From Patescibacteria group bacterium (GTDB lineage: Bacteria; Patescibacteriota; Patescibacteriia; UBA1558; GWA2-36-10): DNA of 64,000 nt. The translations under genes were made by a program, and so were the position numbers. Below the pieces are notes generated by a model, which saw only the letters and a list, made by a program, of their open reading frames with translations, made no database searches and was not told where the DNA came from. Position 1 is the stretch's first letter; every line of letters begins with the position of its first letter. The stretch covers positions 580 through 64,579 of the forward strand of contig JBAZKN010000005.1 of the NCBI GenBank assembly GCA_041650755.1. Direction: 5' to 3'. Of the stretch, positions 1 through 8,967 are shown one piece after another.

Positions 1-612
1 ACACAGAAATATTTTATTAATTATTTATTCAAAAATAGAATCATTAGTTTTAAAATAAGATTTTTGGGGGTCACTTGGTTTTTATTTTATAAAATTGGTT
101 TAGTTAGTGATTTATATAAACCCATGAATTTTCTGCTAAATTTTTTAAAGGGCTATAGTATAGAAAAATATAATAATTTTTTTGATGATTTTTTTCAGAA
201 ATGTATTGTTAAGAATATTTATAATGACGCAATCCTAAATATTAAAAAGGACATTAATGGGGGTGCAAGAGTTATTTTGATATCGACTAGTCTAGAACCA
301 ATTATAATAAGAATCGCAAAATATTTAAATGTAAAAGACGTTATATCTACCAAAATTTCATTTAATAATAGTATTTGTCGGGGTACTGTGAATGGAAAAA
401 TTATTGATGGAGTGGAAAAAGTTAATTTTTTAGTTGATTATATAAAAAAGTTGGGGTTGTCAAGGGATGTAATTTATACCAGTTTTTACTCCGATAGTTA
501 TAGAGATTTAGCATTGTTAAATTTTGTTGACGATCCGCATGTAGTTAATCCAGATAATCAATTATTAAGAATGGCCAAATTAAATAATTGGCCCGTCGTC
601 CATTTTAATTAA
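1..612 (+). CDS. HAD-IB family hydrolase (phosphoserine phosphatase-like), 5' end outside the window
   Basis: Frame is open from position 1. Motifs ILISTS (motif II), EK (motif III) and FYSDSYRDLALLNFVDDPHVVNPD (motif IV) are present. Confidence 0.8.
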   Translation, partial: TQKYFINYLFKNRIISFKIRFLGVTWFLFYKIGLVSDLYKPMNFLLNFLKGYSIEKYNNFFDDFFQKCIVKNIYNDAILNIKKDINGGARVILISTSLEPIIIRIAKYLNVKDVISTKISFNNSICRGTVNGKIIDGVEKVNFLVDYIKKLGLSRDVIYTSFYSDSYRDLALLNFVDDPHVVNPDNQLLRMAKLNNWPVVHFN

Positions 613-622
613 TTCTTATAAG

Positions 623-3436
623 ATGATGAATAGTTTTGCTTTCTCAAGTCTAATAACAGGAATATTGAGCCTGTTTTTGTCTGGTTTTGTATATTTTCGT
701 AGAGGTGGTTTTGCTTTAAATAGAATATGGTCATTTGTTAGTTTTGCTGTTGCGTTTTGGAGCCTTGGTCTTTTTGGTGTTACATTTTTTAGAGATTTTA
801 AATATGCCTATATATCACAGATTATTTTAGATATATCAGCGATATTCGTGCCAGTTTTATTCTTTGAATTTGTCGTCACATTAATAGATAAAAAAATATT
901 GTATAAAAGAATTTTAAAATTTAGTTATATATTTTCTTTATTACTGGCTATTTTAAGTATAACAAAATTTTTTAAAAAAGGCTTAAAGCACATATTCGAA
1001 TTTAGTTATTGGGTTGATCCAGGAGTACTGTATCCATTGTTTCCAATATTTTTTATGGTTTTAGCAGTTTTTGCCGTTATATTATTGTTTAAATATTCAA
1101 AAAGTAGTACTGGTGTTAAGCAGCAACAAATAAAATATGTTATTTATGCCGCCTTCATTGGTTTTGGTGGTGGTATTTTTAATTTTTTACCCCAATTTTC
1201 TAGGATATACCCCATTGGAAACTATCTGGTTGGATTTTATATTATCATGATCACATACGCCATCGTAAAATACCGACTCATGAACATTCGCTTAATTTTG
1301 ACTCGCAGTATACTGTATGCGATTTTGGTGGCGGTAGTCGCAAGTTTTTTCGCTTTATCCGTATTTTTCGTGGGCAATGTTCTGGGTGGCACTAGTCAGG
1401 CCAGTAAAATTTTCACCTATATTATAAACTCTTTCATTATTGTCATTTTTCTTGACCCGCTTAAGAGAATTTTTGCCAAGATTACTGACCGTATTTTCTA
1501 TAAAGATAGAGTAGATTATCAAAATATTCTGCAGCAAGCCAGTGCTATTGTTGCCAGGGAAATTGATTTGAAAAAATTATCGCATGCCTTATCGAGGTTG
1601 ATCGCCCAACAGCTGAAAATCAAAGAAGTCTATATTTTGATTGCCCAAGGCAATAGTTTTGAATTAATCTCCAGTCTAAAGAAACATCAAAAGTCATTAA
1701 GCCTGACAGCAGACTTTATCGGCTTAATCAAAGAGCGCAAAGATTTTTTGATAGTTGAAGAGCTGATCCGCACCCAGAGCGATATTGGCAGCAGTTCGCC
1801 ATATTACCAGGTTTTGGAAAAGTTTATCAAAGAAGCCGAGAGCCTGAAGATAGAGATGGTGGTGCCGATTTTTGATGATAATAATAATTTAAGCTCCATA
1901 TTTTTGTTCAGCTCTAAAAGTTCTGGCGATCTATACAATCAGGATGACATCAATTTTTTAAAGATTCTGGTGCCGCAGATAGCCACGGCTATTGCCAAAT
2001 CCAAGCTTTATGAAGAGGTTCAGGCTTTTAATCGTGAATTGCAGGCTAAGGTAGAGGCCAGAACCAAGAGTCTCAAAGAGGCCAATCAGAGTTTAGAGGA
2101 GAGAAATAAGTTTTTGACCACCATGCAGGTTATTACCGGTCATGTTACCCGCACTCTGGACATGAAGCAGGTCAATCAGATGATTGCCAATAGCATAGCC
2201 TTGGAGCTTGGCTATATCGGTGGCGTTTTGAGCTTTGTTGATGAGGAAAATCATATTTTGCGGATTGGGGCTTTGACGGAAAATGAAAATACCAAAGCAG
2301 TAGTCAAAGTATTGGGCCGTGATCCGCGCAATTTTGAGGCCCAGCTGAAGATGGATTATTCGCTGGGGTCGCAGACCGTTTTGTCCGGAAAGATAAATTT
2401 TTCCGATAAAATGTCCGATTTTTTCTCGCCGCCGGTGGAAAAGCCAATCATGGATCAGATCCAAAGGAATTTGGGCGTCAAGACCATTGTCGGTTTGCCA
2501 ATCTTTTCGGAAAATAAAATTATCGGCATCATCCACTTTTTATTGGCAGTCGAGCGGCGGCAGGTGTCAGCTATTGATATCGAGATGATGACTGCTCTGA
2601 CCAACCAAGTCGGCATTGTTTCCCGCAATCTGCGCTTGTACAATAATCTGCAGTCAGCCAATCTGGAGTTGCAGGAAGCCAATATGCGCTTGCGCGAGCT
2701 GGATAAAGCCAAGTCAGAGTTTTTGTCTATTGCCAGCCATCAATTGCGTACGCCTATTTCCGCTCTCAAAGGCTATTTATCCATGATGATAGACGGAGAC
2801 TTTGGGCCTATCCCTGACAAAATCAAGCAAGTCATCAAAGACTTGTTTGAAAGCGCGTCTCGCTTGGCTCGCTTGATCAATGTCTTTTTAAATGTTTCTC
2901 GGATTGAGTCTGGCCGCCTGAAGCTGGAAAAGCACCCCCTTCAAGTCAATGATTTGATTATTAGCGTTATCAAAGAACTTGGCAACCAAGCTGAACAAAA
3001 GAAATTAAAACTTAGCTATCAGGAGCCAAAAACTGTTTTACCCCTAGTCAATGCTGATAGTGATAAATTACGTGAAGTCATCTTGAATCTTATTGATAAT
3101 TCTATTAAATACACGCTAGAAGGATCTATTACAACTTCAGCTTATACCGATGAGCATGGCTTTCATTTTGTGGTCAAAGATACTGGTATTGGCATTGATC
3201 CGGAAGAAGCCAAAACTTTATTTAGAAAATTTGTGCGCGGCACAGGCGTGGCCCAGATTCATACTGGTGGCTCTGGCCTCGGCTTATTTATCGCCCAAAA
3301 AATCATCAAAGAACACGGCGGCCAGGTATGGGCCGAAAGTCAGGGTAAAGGCAAAGGAAGCACCTTTCAATTTGTCATTCCCATAAATGGGGGAGATAGT
3401 GCACCGGAAACCTTGCCCGCGCCAGCAGAAAAATAG
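623..3436 (+). CDS. Membrane sensor histidine kinase (HisKA_7TM-like N-terminus, GAF domains, HisKA, HATPase)
   Basis: Multiple TM helices; H-box FLSIASHQLRTP; N-box NLIDNSIKY; G boxes DTGIG and GSGLGL. Confidence 0.92.
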   Translation: MMNSFAFSSLITGILSLFLSGFVYFRRGGFALNRIWSFVSFAVAFWSLGLFGVTFFRDFKYAYISQIILDISAIFVPVLFFEFVVTLIDKKILYKRILKFSYIFSLLLAILSITKFFKKGLKHIFEFSYWVDPGVLYPLFPIFFMVLAVFAVILLFKYSKSSTGVKQQQIKYVIYAAFIGFGGGIFNFLPQFSRIYPIGNYLVGFYIIMITYAIVKYRLMNIRLILTRSILYAILVAVVASFFALSVFFVGNVLGGTSQASKIFTYIINSFIIVIFLDPLKRIFAKITDRIFYKDRVDYQNILQQASAIVAREIDLKKLSHALSRLIAQQLKIKEVYILIAQGNSFELISSLKKHQKSLSLTADFIGLIKERKDFLIVEELIRTQSDIGSSSPYYQVLEKFIKEAESLKIEMVVPIFDDNNNLSSIFLFSSKSSGDLYNQDDINFLKILVPQIATAIAKSKLYEEVQAFNRELQAKVEARTKSLKEANQSLEERNKFLTTMQVITGHVTRTLDMKQVNQMIANSIALELGYIGGVLSFVDEENHILRIGALTENENTKAVVKVLGRDPRNFEAQLKMDYSLGSQTVLSGKINFSDKMSDFFSPPVEKPIMDQIQRNLGVKTIVGLPIFSENKIIGIIHFLLAVERRQVSAIDIEMMTALTNQVGIVSRNLRLYNNLQSANLELQEANMRLRELDKAKSEFLSIASHQLRTPISALKGYLSMMIDGDFGPIPDKIKQVIKDLFESASRLARLINVFLNVSRIESGRLKLEKHPLQVNDLIISVIKELGNQAEQKKLKLSYQEPKTVLPLVNADSDKLREVILNLIDNSIKYTLEGSITTSAYTDEHGFHFVVKDTGIGIDPEEAKTLFRKFVRGTGVAQIHTGGSGLGLFIAQKIIKEHGGQVWAESQGKGKGSTFQFVIPINGGDSAPETLPAPAEK

Positions 3437-3507
3437 GCAGATTTGACTAAGACAAATGTTTTGGTATATTATGATAATTACTAAAGAAAAGTGATTTAAT
3501 AAAATTT

Positions 3508-3993
3508 ATGCCAAACAAGAAAAGCGACAAACAAGAAATTTTACAGGCAATCAGCGGCTTATCGGCAGCTGTATTTAATTTGACCAAAAAAGTCGATGAT
3601 TTATCGGTAAAATTAGATAAATTGACCGAACGGGTTGATGTCCTAACTGAGCGTGTCGATGTCCTAACTGAGCGTGTCGATGCTCTTACGGTAAGAGTTG
3701 AGAATCTAGAACAACAATATGAGGATATTTTATCAACTATCAATAATTTTGCCGATCAAGTGGAGCAAAGATTTTTGGCCATAGAAAAACGCTTAACTAT
3801 TTTAGAAACAAACTCTGTTACCAAAGATTATTTGGACCAAAAATTATTTGCTTTAAAAGGTGACATGATAGTTATGATGCGCCAGGAAAATACCAAGCTA
3901 GAGACCTTAGTAGAAGCTCTGCAAGAGCAGAGGAGTTTGTCTTTAGATAAAAGTAAAAGAGTATTGGCTTTAGAGCCGTTTCCTAAAATATAA
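3508..3993 (+). CDS. Coiled-coil protein with heptad repeats
   Basis: LTERVDV heptads repeated; followed by a terminator-like hairpin. Confidence 0.75.
   Translation: MPNKKSDKQEILQAISGLSAAVFNLTKKVDDLSVKLDKLTERVDVLTERVDVLTERVDALTVRVENLEQQYEDILSTINNFADQVEQRFLAIEKRLTILETNSVTKDYLDQKLFALKGDMIVMMRQENTKLETLVEALQEQRSLSLDKSKRVLALEPFPKI
3622..3705 (+). repeat. 21-bp in-frame tandem repeat, about 4 degenerate units
   Basis: ctaactgagcgtgtcgatg occurs twice exactly (3643 and 3664), with diverged flanking units. Confidence 0.85.
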
Positions 3994-4001
3994 TGTTTTT
4001 T

Positions 4002-4053
4002 AACCAAGCCCCTCGCACTGCATCTACCTTTGGTAGGAAGGGCTGGGTTTTTT
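4002..4053 (+). terminator. Probable intrinsic terminator
   Basis: aaccaagccc...gggctgggtt stem followed by a T-tract. Confidence 0.55.
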
Positions 4054-4093
4054 GTTTGTGGATAAAATATTAGTCAGGCTCCCCTTAATATAC

Positions 4094-4122
4094 TTGACAT
4101 CTTTTTATGAGGGCGCTATATT
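4094..4122 (+). promoter_or_regulatory. Sigma70-type promoter of the peptide/rSAM pair
   Basis: TTGACA-17 nt-TATATT. Confidence 0.6.
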
Positions 4123-4196
4123 TATATTATAAGTATAGACGGCTTATTTTTATGAGACGGCTATACAATGAACCTTAACACTAAGGAGGTGAACTC

Positions 4197-4388
4197 ATGC
4201 GCAAACTGAGGCGGATGAACTACTGGAGTGGATTAGCCGATCACAGGCATCCTCGCAGTGCTCAGGCGGTGTTGCGGCCATGCCTCGCGACAAGCAAGTC
4301 GAAGGGCGTTGCCAGTTCTTGCGGGCAAGGTGCCTGCAACTGCGGTGGTGGCTGCAACGGCGAATGTTCCACATCCTGTGAAGGGTGA
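4197..4388 (+). CDS. Cys-rich RiPP precursor peptide candidate (63 aa)
   Basis: Strong SD (aaggaggtg); C-terminal SSCGQGACNCGGGCNGECSTSCEG; immediately upstream of an rSAM/SPASM gene. Confidence 0.75.
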   Translation: MRKLRRMNYWSGLADHRHPRSAQAVLRPCLATSKSKGVASSCGQGACNCGGGCNGECSTSCEG

Positions 4389-4469
4389 CCAACGAGGCAA
4401 AGAGGGAGGAATATAAAAGTCAGTTATTTCTCCCTCTTACCCTTATCCTCAAATACCGGGAGGCAGAAA

Positions 4470-5489
4470 ATGTCTAGATCATTTGGATTACAGTGGCACC
4501 TAACCAACGATTGCGATCAGCGCTGTAAGCATTGTTACATCTGGCAAAAGCACGACAAGGAGGGGTTGACATCTACACCTACACTGGAACAGTGTCAGTC
4601 TATCATCGAGGACTTTTGTGCGTTCTGCGGGGAAATGGGAGTTATTCCTTATTTCTCCATAACCGGTGGTGACCCTTTGCTTTATCAACACATTTGGGAG
4701 GTGCTGGAAGTATTGCGTCGTAAGAGTATAAGTTTCACCATACTAGGCAATCCATTTCATCTGACCGACGACAGAGCTAAGTTGCTGAAGGACTTAGGTT
4801 GCGTCAGTTATCAGATGTCTTTGGACGGGCTTGAGAAAACACATGATTCTATGCGCAAGCCGGGATCGTTTCTGGCAACACTTGCAGCCTTGCCGCTGTT
4901 GCACGATGTTGGGATTAGAAGTATGATCATGTCAACAGCGTCCATGCTCAATTACCGCGAGCTTCCGGACGTTGCCAGGCTGTGTGTTGAGCATCATGTT
5001 GGCAACTTCGCATTTTCCCGGTACTGTCCGACACGGGGTGACACCGAGTTTAACATGTCACCACAGCTCTACCGTCAATTTTTGACGGAAATGTGGCAGG
5101 TTTTTAGCGAACTTGTTGATAGCGGTACCAACTTTGCTCTCAAGGATCACTTGTGGGTGCCCTACCTTTACGAGGAGGGGTTGTATCAGCTTGGTGAGGT
5201 TAAGGACCTTGTTCTCGACGGTTGCAACTGCGGCATTAGTCACATGACCTTACTGCCTAACGGCACGGTCTATGCGTGTCGTCGCTTTGAGAGCTTGGTC
5301 GGGAGTATTAAACAACGCAGTTTCAAGGAGATTTTTCTATCGCCAGAGATGGACACGTACCGCCAAATCGAGAATCTGTCTGGTTGTAAGGACTGTGTCT
5401 TGCTAAATTACTGCCGTGGTTGTCACGCAGTTTCCGCGGGCACAACTGGGGATTTTTTCAGCAAGGATCCTCAATGTTGGCGAGTTTAA
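4470..5489 (+). CDS. Radical SAM/SPASM peptide maturase (resembles the ACGX-system enzyme)
   Basis: QWHLTNDCDQRCKHC (CxxxCxxC), TGGDP, and SPASM cysteines CNCG..YAC..CKDC..YCRGC..DPQC; SD ggagg. Confidence 0.9.
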   Translation: MSRSFGLQWHLTNDCDQRCKHCYIWQKHDKEGLTSTPTLEQCQSIIEDFCAFCGEMGVIPYFSITGGDPLLYQHIWEVLEVLRRKSISFTILGNPFHLTDDRAKLLKDLGCVSYQMSLDGLEKTHDSMRKPGSFLATLAALPLLHDVGIRSMIMSTASMLNYRELPDVARLCVEHHVGNFAFSRYCPTRGDTEFNMSPQLYRQFLTEMWQVFSELVDSGTNFALKDHLWVPYLYEEGLYQLGEVKDLVLDGCNCGISHMTLLPNGTVYACRRFESLVGSIKQRSFKEIFLSPEMDTYRQIENLSGCKDCVLLNYCRGCHAVSAGTTGDFFSKDPQCWRV

Positions 5490-5493
5490 CTGA

Positions 5494-5529
5494 AATAGCG
5501 ATAGTAACTTCAAGAGTGCTATCGCTATT
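5494..5529 (+). terminator. Hairpin/terminator after the rSAM gene
   Basis: aatagcgatag...ctatcgctatt perfect inverted repeat. Confidence 0.55.
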
Positions 5530-5567
5530 ATCTAAGTATAATTTCTATTATACTATATAATATAATT

Positions 5568-6191
5568 ATGAGTTATAATCAAATTTACAAAAAAAGATCA
5601 GTTTGGGGAGATGAGCCGAATATACTATTGCGGCAAATTTTTGAAAAATTGACGCCTAAAGACAAGTTTCTTGATTTAGGGTGCGGTCAAGGCAGAGATG
5701 TTTTATTTATGTTGGCCAAGGGATTCAGGGTGACCGGTGTTGATGCATCACCGGAATCTATAAATCATATAAAAAATTTAGTAAAGATAAATAGATTATC
5801 AACGGTAAATTTCGAGCTAGTTTGTGGCGACATTAGTAGCTACATTATAAAAGATGATATGTTTGACATTATTAATGCTTATAATTCTTTGCAATTTTTG
5901 TCCAAAAAGGATGCTTTCCGAGTATTAGAAAATATAAAGAACAATATCAAAAAAAATGGTTATATTATCATATCGGGTTTTACCATAGATGATCCGCTGT
6001 ACAAAAAAATTGGCAATGATAAACGCTGTTTTTTTGAACGAGGTGAGTTAAAAAAAATATTTTCCGAAGCAGATATTATTTTATATAACGAAGAAATTAT
6101 TAATGAAAATGGTCATGCGGGCAATCCAGAGCCGCACATACACGGAATTACAAGGATTATAGCACAAAAAAATATTGGATCAGATAGTTGA
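5568..6191 (+). CDS. Class I SAM-dependent methyltransferase (TehB-like)
   Basis: FLDLGCGQGRD motif I; VTGVDAS. Confidence 0.85.
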   Translation: MSYNQIYKKRSVWGDEPNILLRQIFEKLTPKDKFLDLGCGQGRDVLFMLAKGFRVTGVDASPESINHIKNLVKINRLSTVNFELVCGDISSYIIKDDMFDIINAYNSLQFLSKKDAFRVLENIKNNIKKNGYIIISGFTIDDPLYKKIGNDKRCFFERGELKKIFSEADIILYNEEIINENGHAGNPEPHIHGITRIIAQKNIGSDS

Positions 6192-6245
6192 TTGTCTGCT
6201 AAATTGTAGAACCAGTTTTATTATCGATTTTTTTAAAATAAATAC

Positions 6246-6896
6246 ATGAAAAAATACCTTAGCTTAAAATCGGTGAAGGTTGATAAAAAGTTATCAGCAT
6301 TCCTAACTGCAACTAAGGAAGAGTTTGATAATTTTTATGATTTTAAGGCCACTGAACCACTGTTATTTTTTGTGCCCAGCCGACAAGATTTAGATTTGAT
6401 CATGGGGAAGAAAACTGAAAAATGGTTTGTTGGCGTGACTAAAAATAACGCTATCTTTATTTTGGACAAAAATATTTATGCCAAAGAATCAAATCATAAG
6501 GCAAAAAATTTTTGGTTAACACTCAAGCATGAATATAGTCATATTTACTACTCGCAAATGACCAATAGCCATTATCCTTGTTGGTTAAACGAGGGATTGG
6601 CCTGTTATCTGTCTGGTAAAAAATTAATTTTAAGCAAGGATTATAATAGCGCCCTGGATGTTTTTAATTATTTTGACAAGAGTGGTTCAAATGTATATAT
6701 GATAGGCCAATTTTGGGTTGAATTTTTAATTAAAAAATTTGGCAAGAAAAAACTTGTTAGGCTCATAAAAAGTTTAAATTTTGAAGCAAGAATAAGTGAA
6801 CGTCGATTTGCTAGTGAATTTTATAAAATATACGATTTTAGGTTTGATAAAAAATCTTTCACTAAAAAATTGGGAAAAAATAAAAATTTAATATAA
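6246..6896 (+). CDS. Gluzincin (peptidase MA-like) zinc metallopeptidase
   Basis: HEYSH followed by WLNEGLA. Confidence 0.75.
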   Translation: MKKYLSLKSVKVDKKLSAFLTATKEEFDNFYDFKATEPLLFFVPSRQDLDLIMGKKTEKWFVGVTKNNAIFILDKNIYAKESNHKAKNFWLTLKHEYSHIYYSQMTNSHYPCWLNEGLACYLSGKKLILSKDYNSALDVFNYFDKSGSNVYMIGQFWVEFLIKKFGKKKLVRLIKSLNFEARISERRFASEFYKIYDFRFDKKSFTKKLGKNKNLI

Positions 6897-6934
6897 AAAA
6901 ACCAGGCATCCTTTAGTAATTAATTTTTAATAGG

Positions 6935-8062
6935 ATGCGAAAGAAAAGCGATTTGGAGGGCTGGCAATTGGCAGTCGTGGTTTTGCTACTGTTGATCCCT
7001 AGTTTTGGGACTTTAGCTAAAACAGCCAAGACTGTCACTAGCCAGACTAAGTACATTGATAAATACTATCAAGTAGATCAAAACGGCAAAACACAGGTCA
7101 ACATTTATTTGGGCGATGAGAAGATTGCCAGTCTAGATAGTGGGGGAAATTTCAGCTTCCCTATTGTTGATCATCTGGGCTCACCCACAATCATTACTGA
7201 TACCAAGGGCCAAATAGTGGCCACAAATGACTACAGAGCATTTGGTAGCTTACCTACCAGTACCAGTATGGCAGGGAGCAATCGGTATAAGTACACCGGC
7301 AAAGAGCTGGACGCGGAAAATAATTTGGAATATTTTGGCCAGCGCTATTATGATGCGATTTTGGGCAGATTTACTAGCATTGATCCAATGTTGCTCAAAA
7401 ATCCAAGCAAGTTTTTGGCTGATGTGCAAAGTTTAAATAGTTACGCCTATGCCAAGAATAACCCCATAACCTTTTTTGACCCCGTTGGCTTATTGACTAA
7501 GATTTACTTGGAGAAAAACAAAGATAAAGGCTGGTTTGAACCACGGTACGATCATGCTTTTATGGCTATTAACGGCAAAGTGTATAATTGGGAAAGTAAT
7601 GTGGGTCGAGAATATCATCAGCAGGATGGTCGTTGGTTGGGTGAAGACATGGACGTTGTCAATTGGACAAATTTTATGAACCGGGCAGATAACGCTAAAG
7701 CCGAATATGATATTTATACATTGGATACCAGCCGTAAGCAGGAAGAGGGGATGCAACGATATTGGCTCAATTTAGCTTGGGCTAACATGGCTGACCAGGG
7801 TGATTTGCGGACCATCTATAATAAATTTTTGCAGAGCACTGACGCAGTAGTTGAAGCGTTGCGGCGGGGCGGTGTAGTTAATCAGAATTTTAAAGTTGGT
7901 CGTCAGACCGCCAATCCGGAAAAATTGGGTTATGAGCTATGGTTTAAATATAATTTAGATAAAGAAAATAACCAGGCGAAAAATAAATATTATAATAATA
8001 TTCGTCCTAATAAATTTTTCGCGCCAGTTGTGGATCTCGCGACTTATAAATATCAACCTTAA
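6935..8062 (+). CDS. Mini-RHS protein: signal peptide, RHS-associated core and variable C-terminal domain
   Basis: Hydrophobic N-terminus; DHLGS, YKYTGKELD, YFGQRYYD, GRFTSIDP, YAYAKNNPITFFDPVG. Confidence 0.85.
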   Translation: MRKKSDLEGWQLAVVVLLLLIPSFGTLAKTAKTVTSQTKYIDKYYQVDQNGKTQVNIYLGDEKIASLDSGGNFSFPIVDHLGSPTIITDTKGQIVATNDYRAFGSLPTSTSMAGSNRYKYTGKELDAENNLEYFGQRYYDAILGRFTSIDPMLLKNPSKFLADVQSLNSYAYAKNNPITFFDPVGLLTKIYLEKNKDKGWFEPRYDHAFMAINGKVYNWESNVGREYHQQDGRWLGEDMDVVNWTNFMNRADNAKAEYDIYTLDTSRKQEEGMQRYWLNLAWANMADQGDLRTIYNKFLQSTDAVVEALRRGGVVNQNFKVGRQTANPEKLGYELWFKYNLDKENNQAKNKYYNNIRPNKFFAPVVDLATYKYQP

Positions 8063-8067
8063 TAAAT

Positions 8068-8940
8068 ATGAACAAGGGACAATTAAAAAATATATTAAGC
8101 AGTGATTATCAAGCTGAAAATTATGACAGCTTGAAGTTTTGGCAAAGCTACAGAACCTGGGCAATGATTGCCATGTTTATTTCTTTAGCAATTTCTGCTT
8201 GGGTATTTACTTATGACTTATGGATAGTTTTTTATCTATTGATACTTTATATTTTTTTAGCAATCTTGATAGTTCGTGGCTATAAATGGCCGCTAGTGGC
8301 CATGATGGTTGTTTGGCTTTTGGAAAAATATAATAATGATGGTTATTTGATAATAAAATTTTGGTCAGTGCCAATATTTTTGCTGATTGGCATTATTTTG
8401 TTCTGGTTGCTTTATGTTTCATTTAAGATTCAAGTCGCTCGCCGGCATAATAATGGGAAAAGTAGAAAACATTATTTAGTAGTGTTGATCGGCATTGCAC
8501 TAGTTTTACTGCTGTGGTATGGCTTGTCATGGGCGAAGTATTATGGATTTGGCCAGCCAAAATTTAATTTTGTTGTTCAGGAGCAGAATAACAAAACCAT
8601 TATTAGGGAAGAAGTATTTAATATTAAATTTCAGATCGATGCTAAGTGCCGTTTAGAATCAGATAATCTGGATCGGCAGGCGACTGCGGATCTATGGTCA
8701 GGTCAACTCTGGTGCCAAGGTTACGACGACTACGTTGATTTTTCCGTTGACCAAAATATTGATAGTAGCCATGGTCAGGATAAGCCGATAGGCACTCGAG
8801 CTTGGCTGTTTGATAAACCGGATGAATTTTGGGCCATAGATGTTTATGACAGTCAAAATAAATATCGTTTGTTGGTTGGTGGCTACAGCAATACGGATAA
8901 TATAAAAAATGATCTTGTCAGCAGTTTAATACAGGAATAA
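8068..8940 (+). CDS. Multi-TM membrane protein, candidate immunity or accessory factor
   Basis: About 5 hydrophobic segments; starts 5 nt after the mini-RHS gene. Confidence 0.6.
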   Translation: MNKGQLKNILSSDYQAENYDSLKFWQSYRTWAMIAMFISLAISAWVFTYDLWIVFYLLILYIFLAILIVRGYKWPLVAMMVVWLLEKYNNDGYLIIKFWSVPIFLLIGIILFWLLYVSFKIQVARRHNNGKSRKHYLVVLIGIALVLLLWYGLSWAKYYGFGQPKFNFVVQEQNNKTIIREEVFNIKFQIDAKCRLESDNLDRQATADLWSGQLWCQGYDDYVDFSVDQNIDSSHGQDKPIGTRAWLFDKPDEFWAIDVYDSQNKYRLLVGGYSNTDNIKNDLVSSLIQE

Positions 8941-8967
8941 GATGTAATCATTATTAATTTTAATCAT

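Noticed and set aside
3447-3743. Minus-strand ORF with STRSVRT repeats
   Set aside because: Antisense reading of the 21-bp repeat in the coiled-coil gene.
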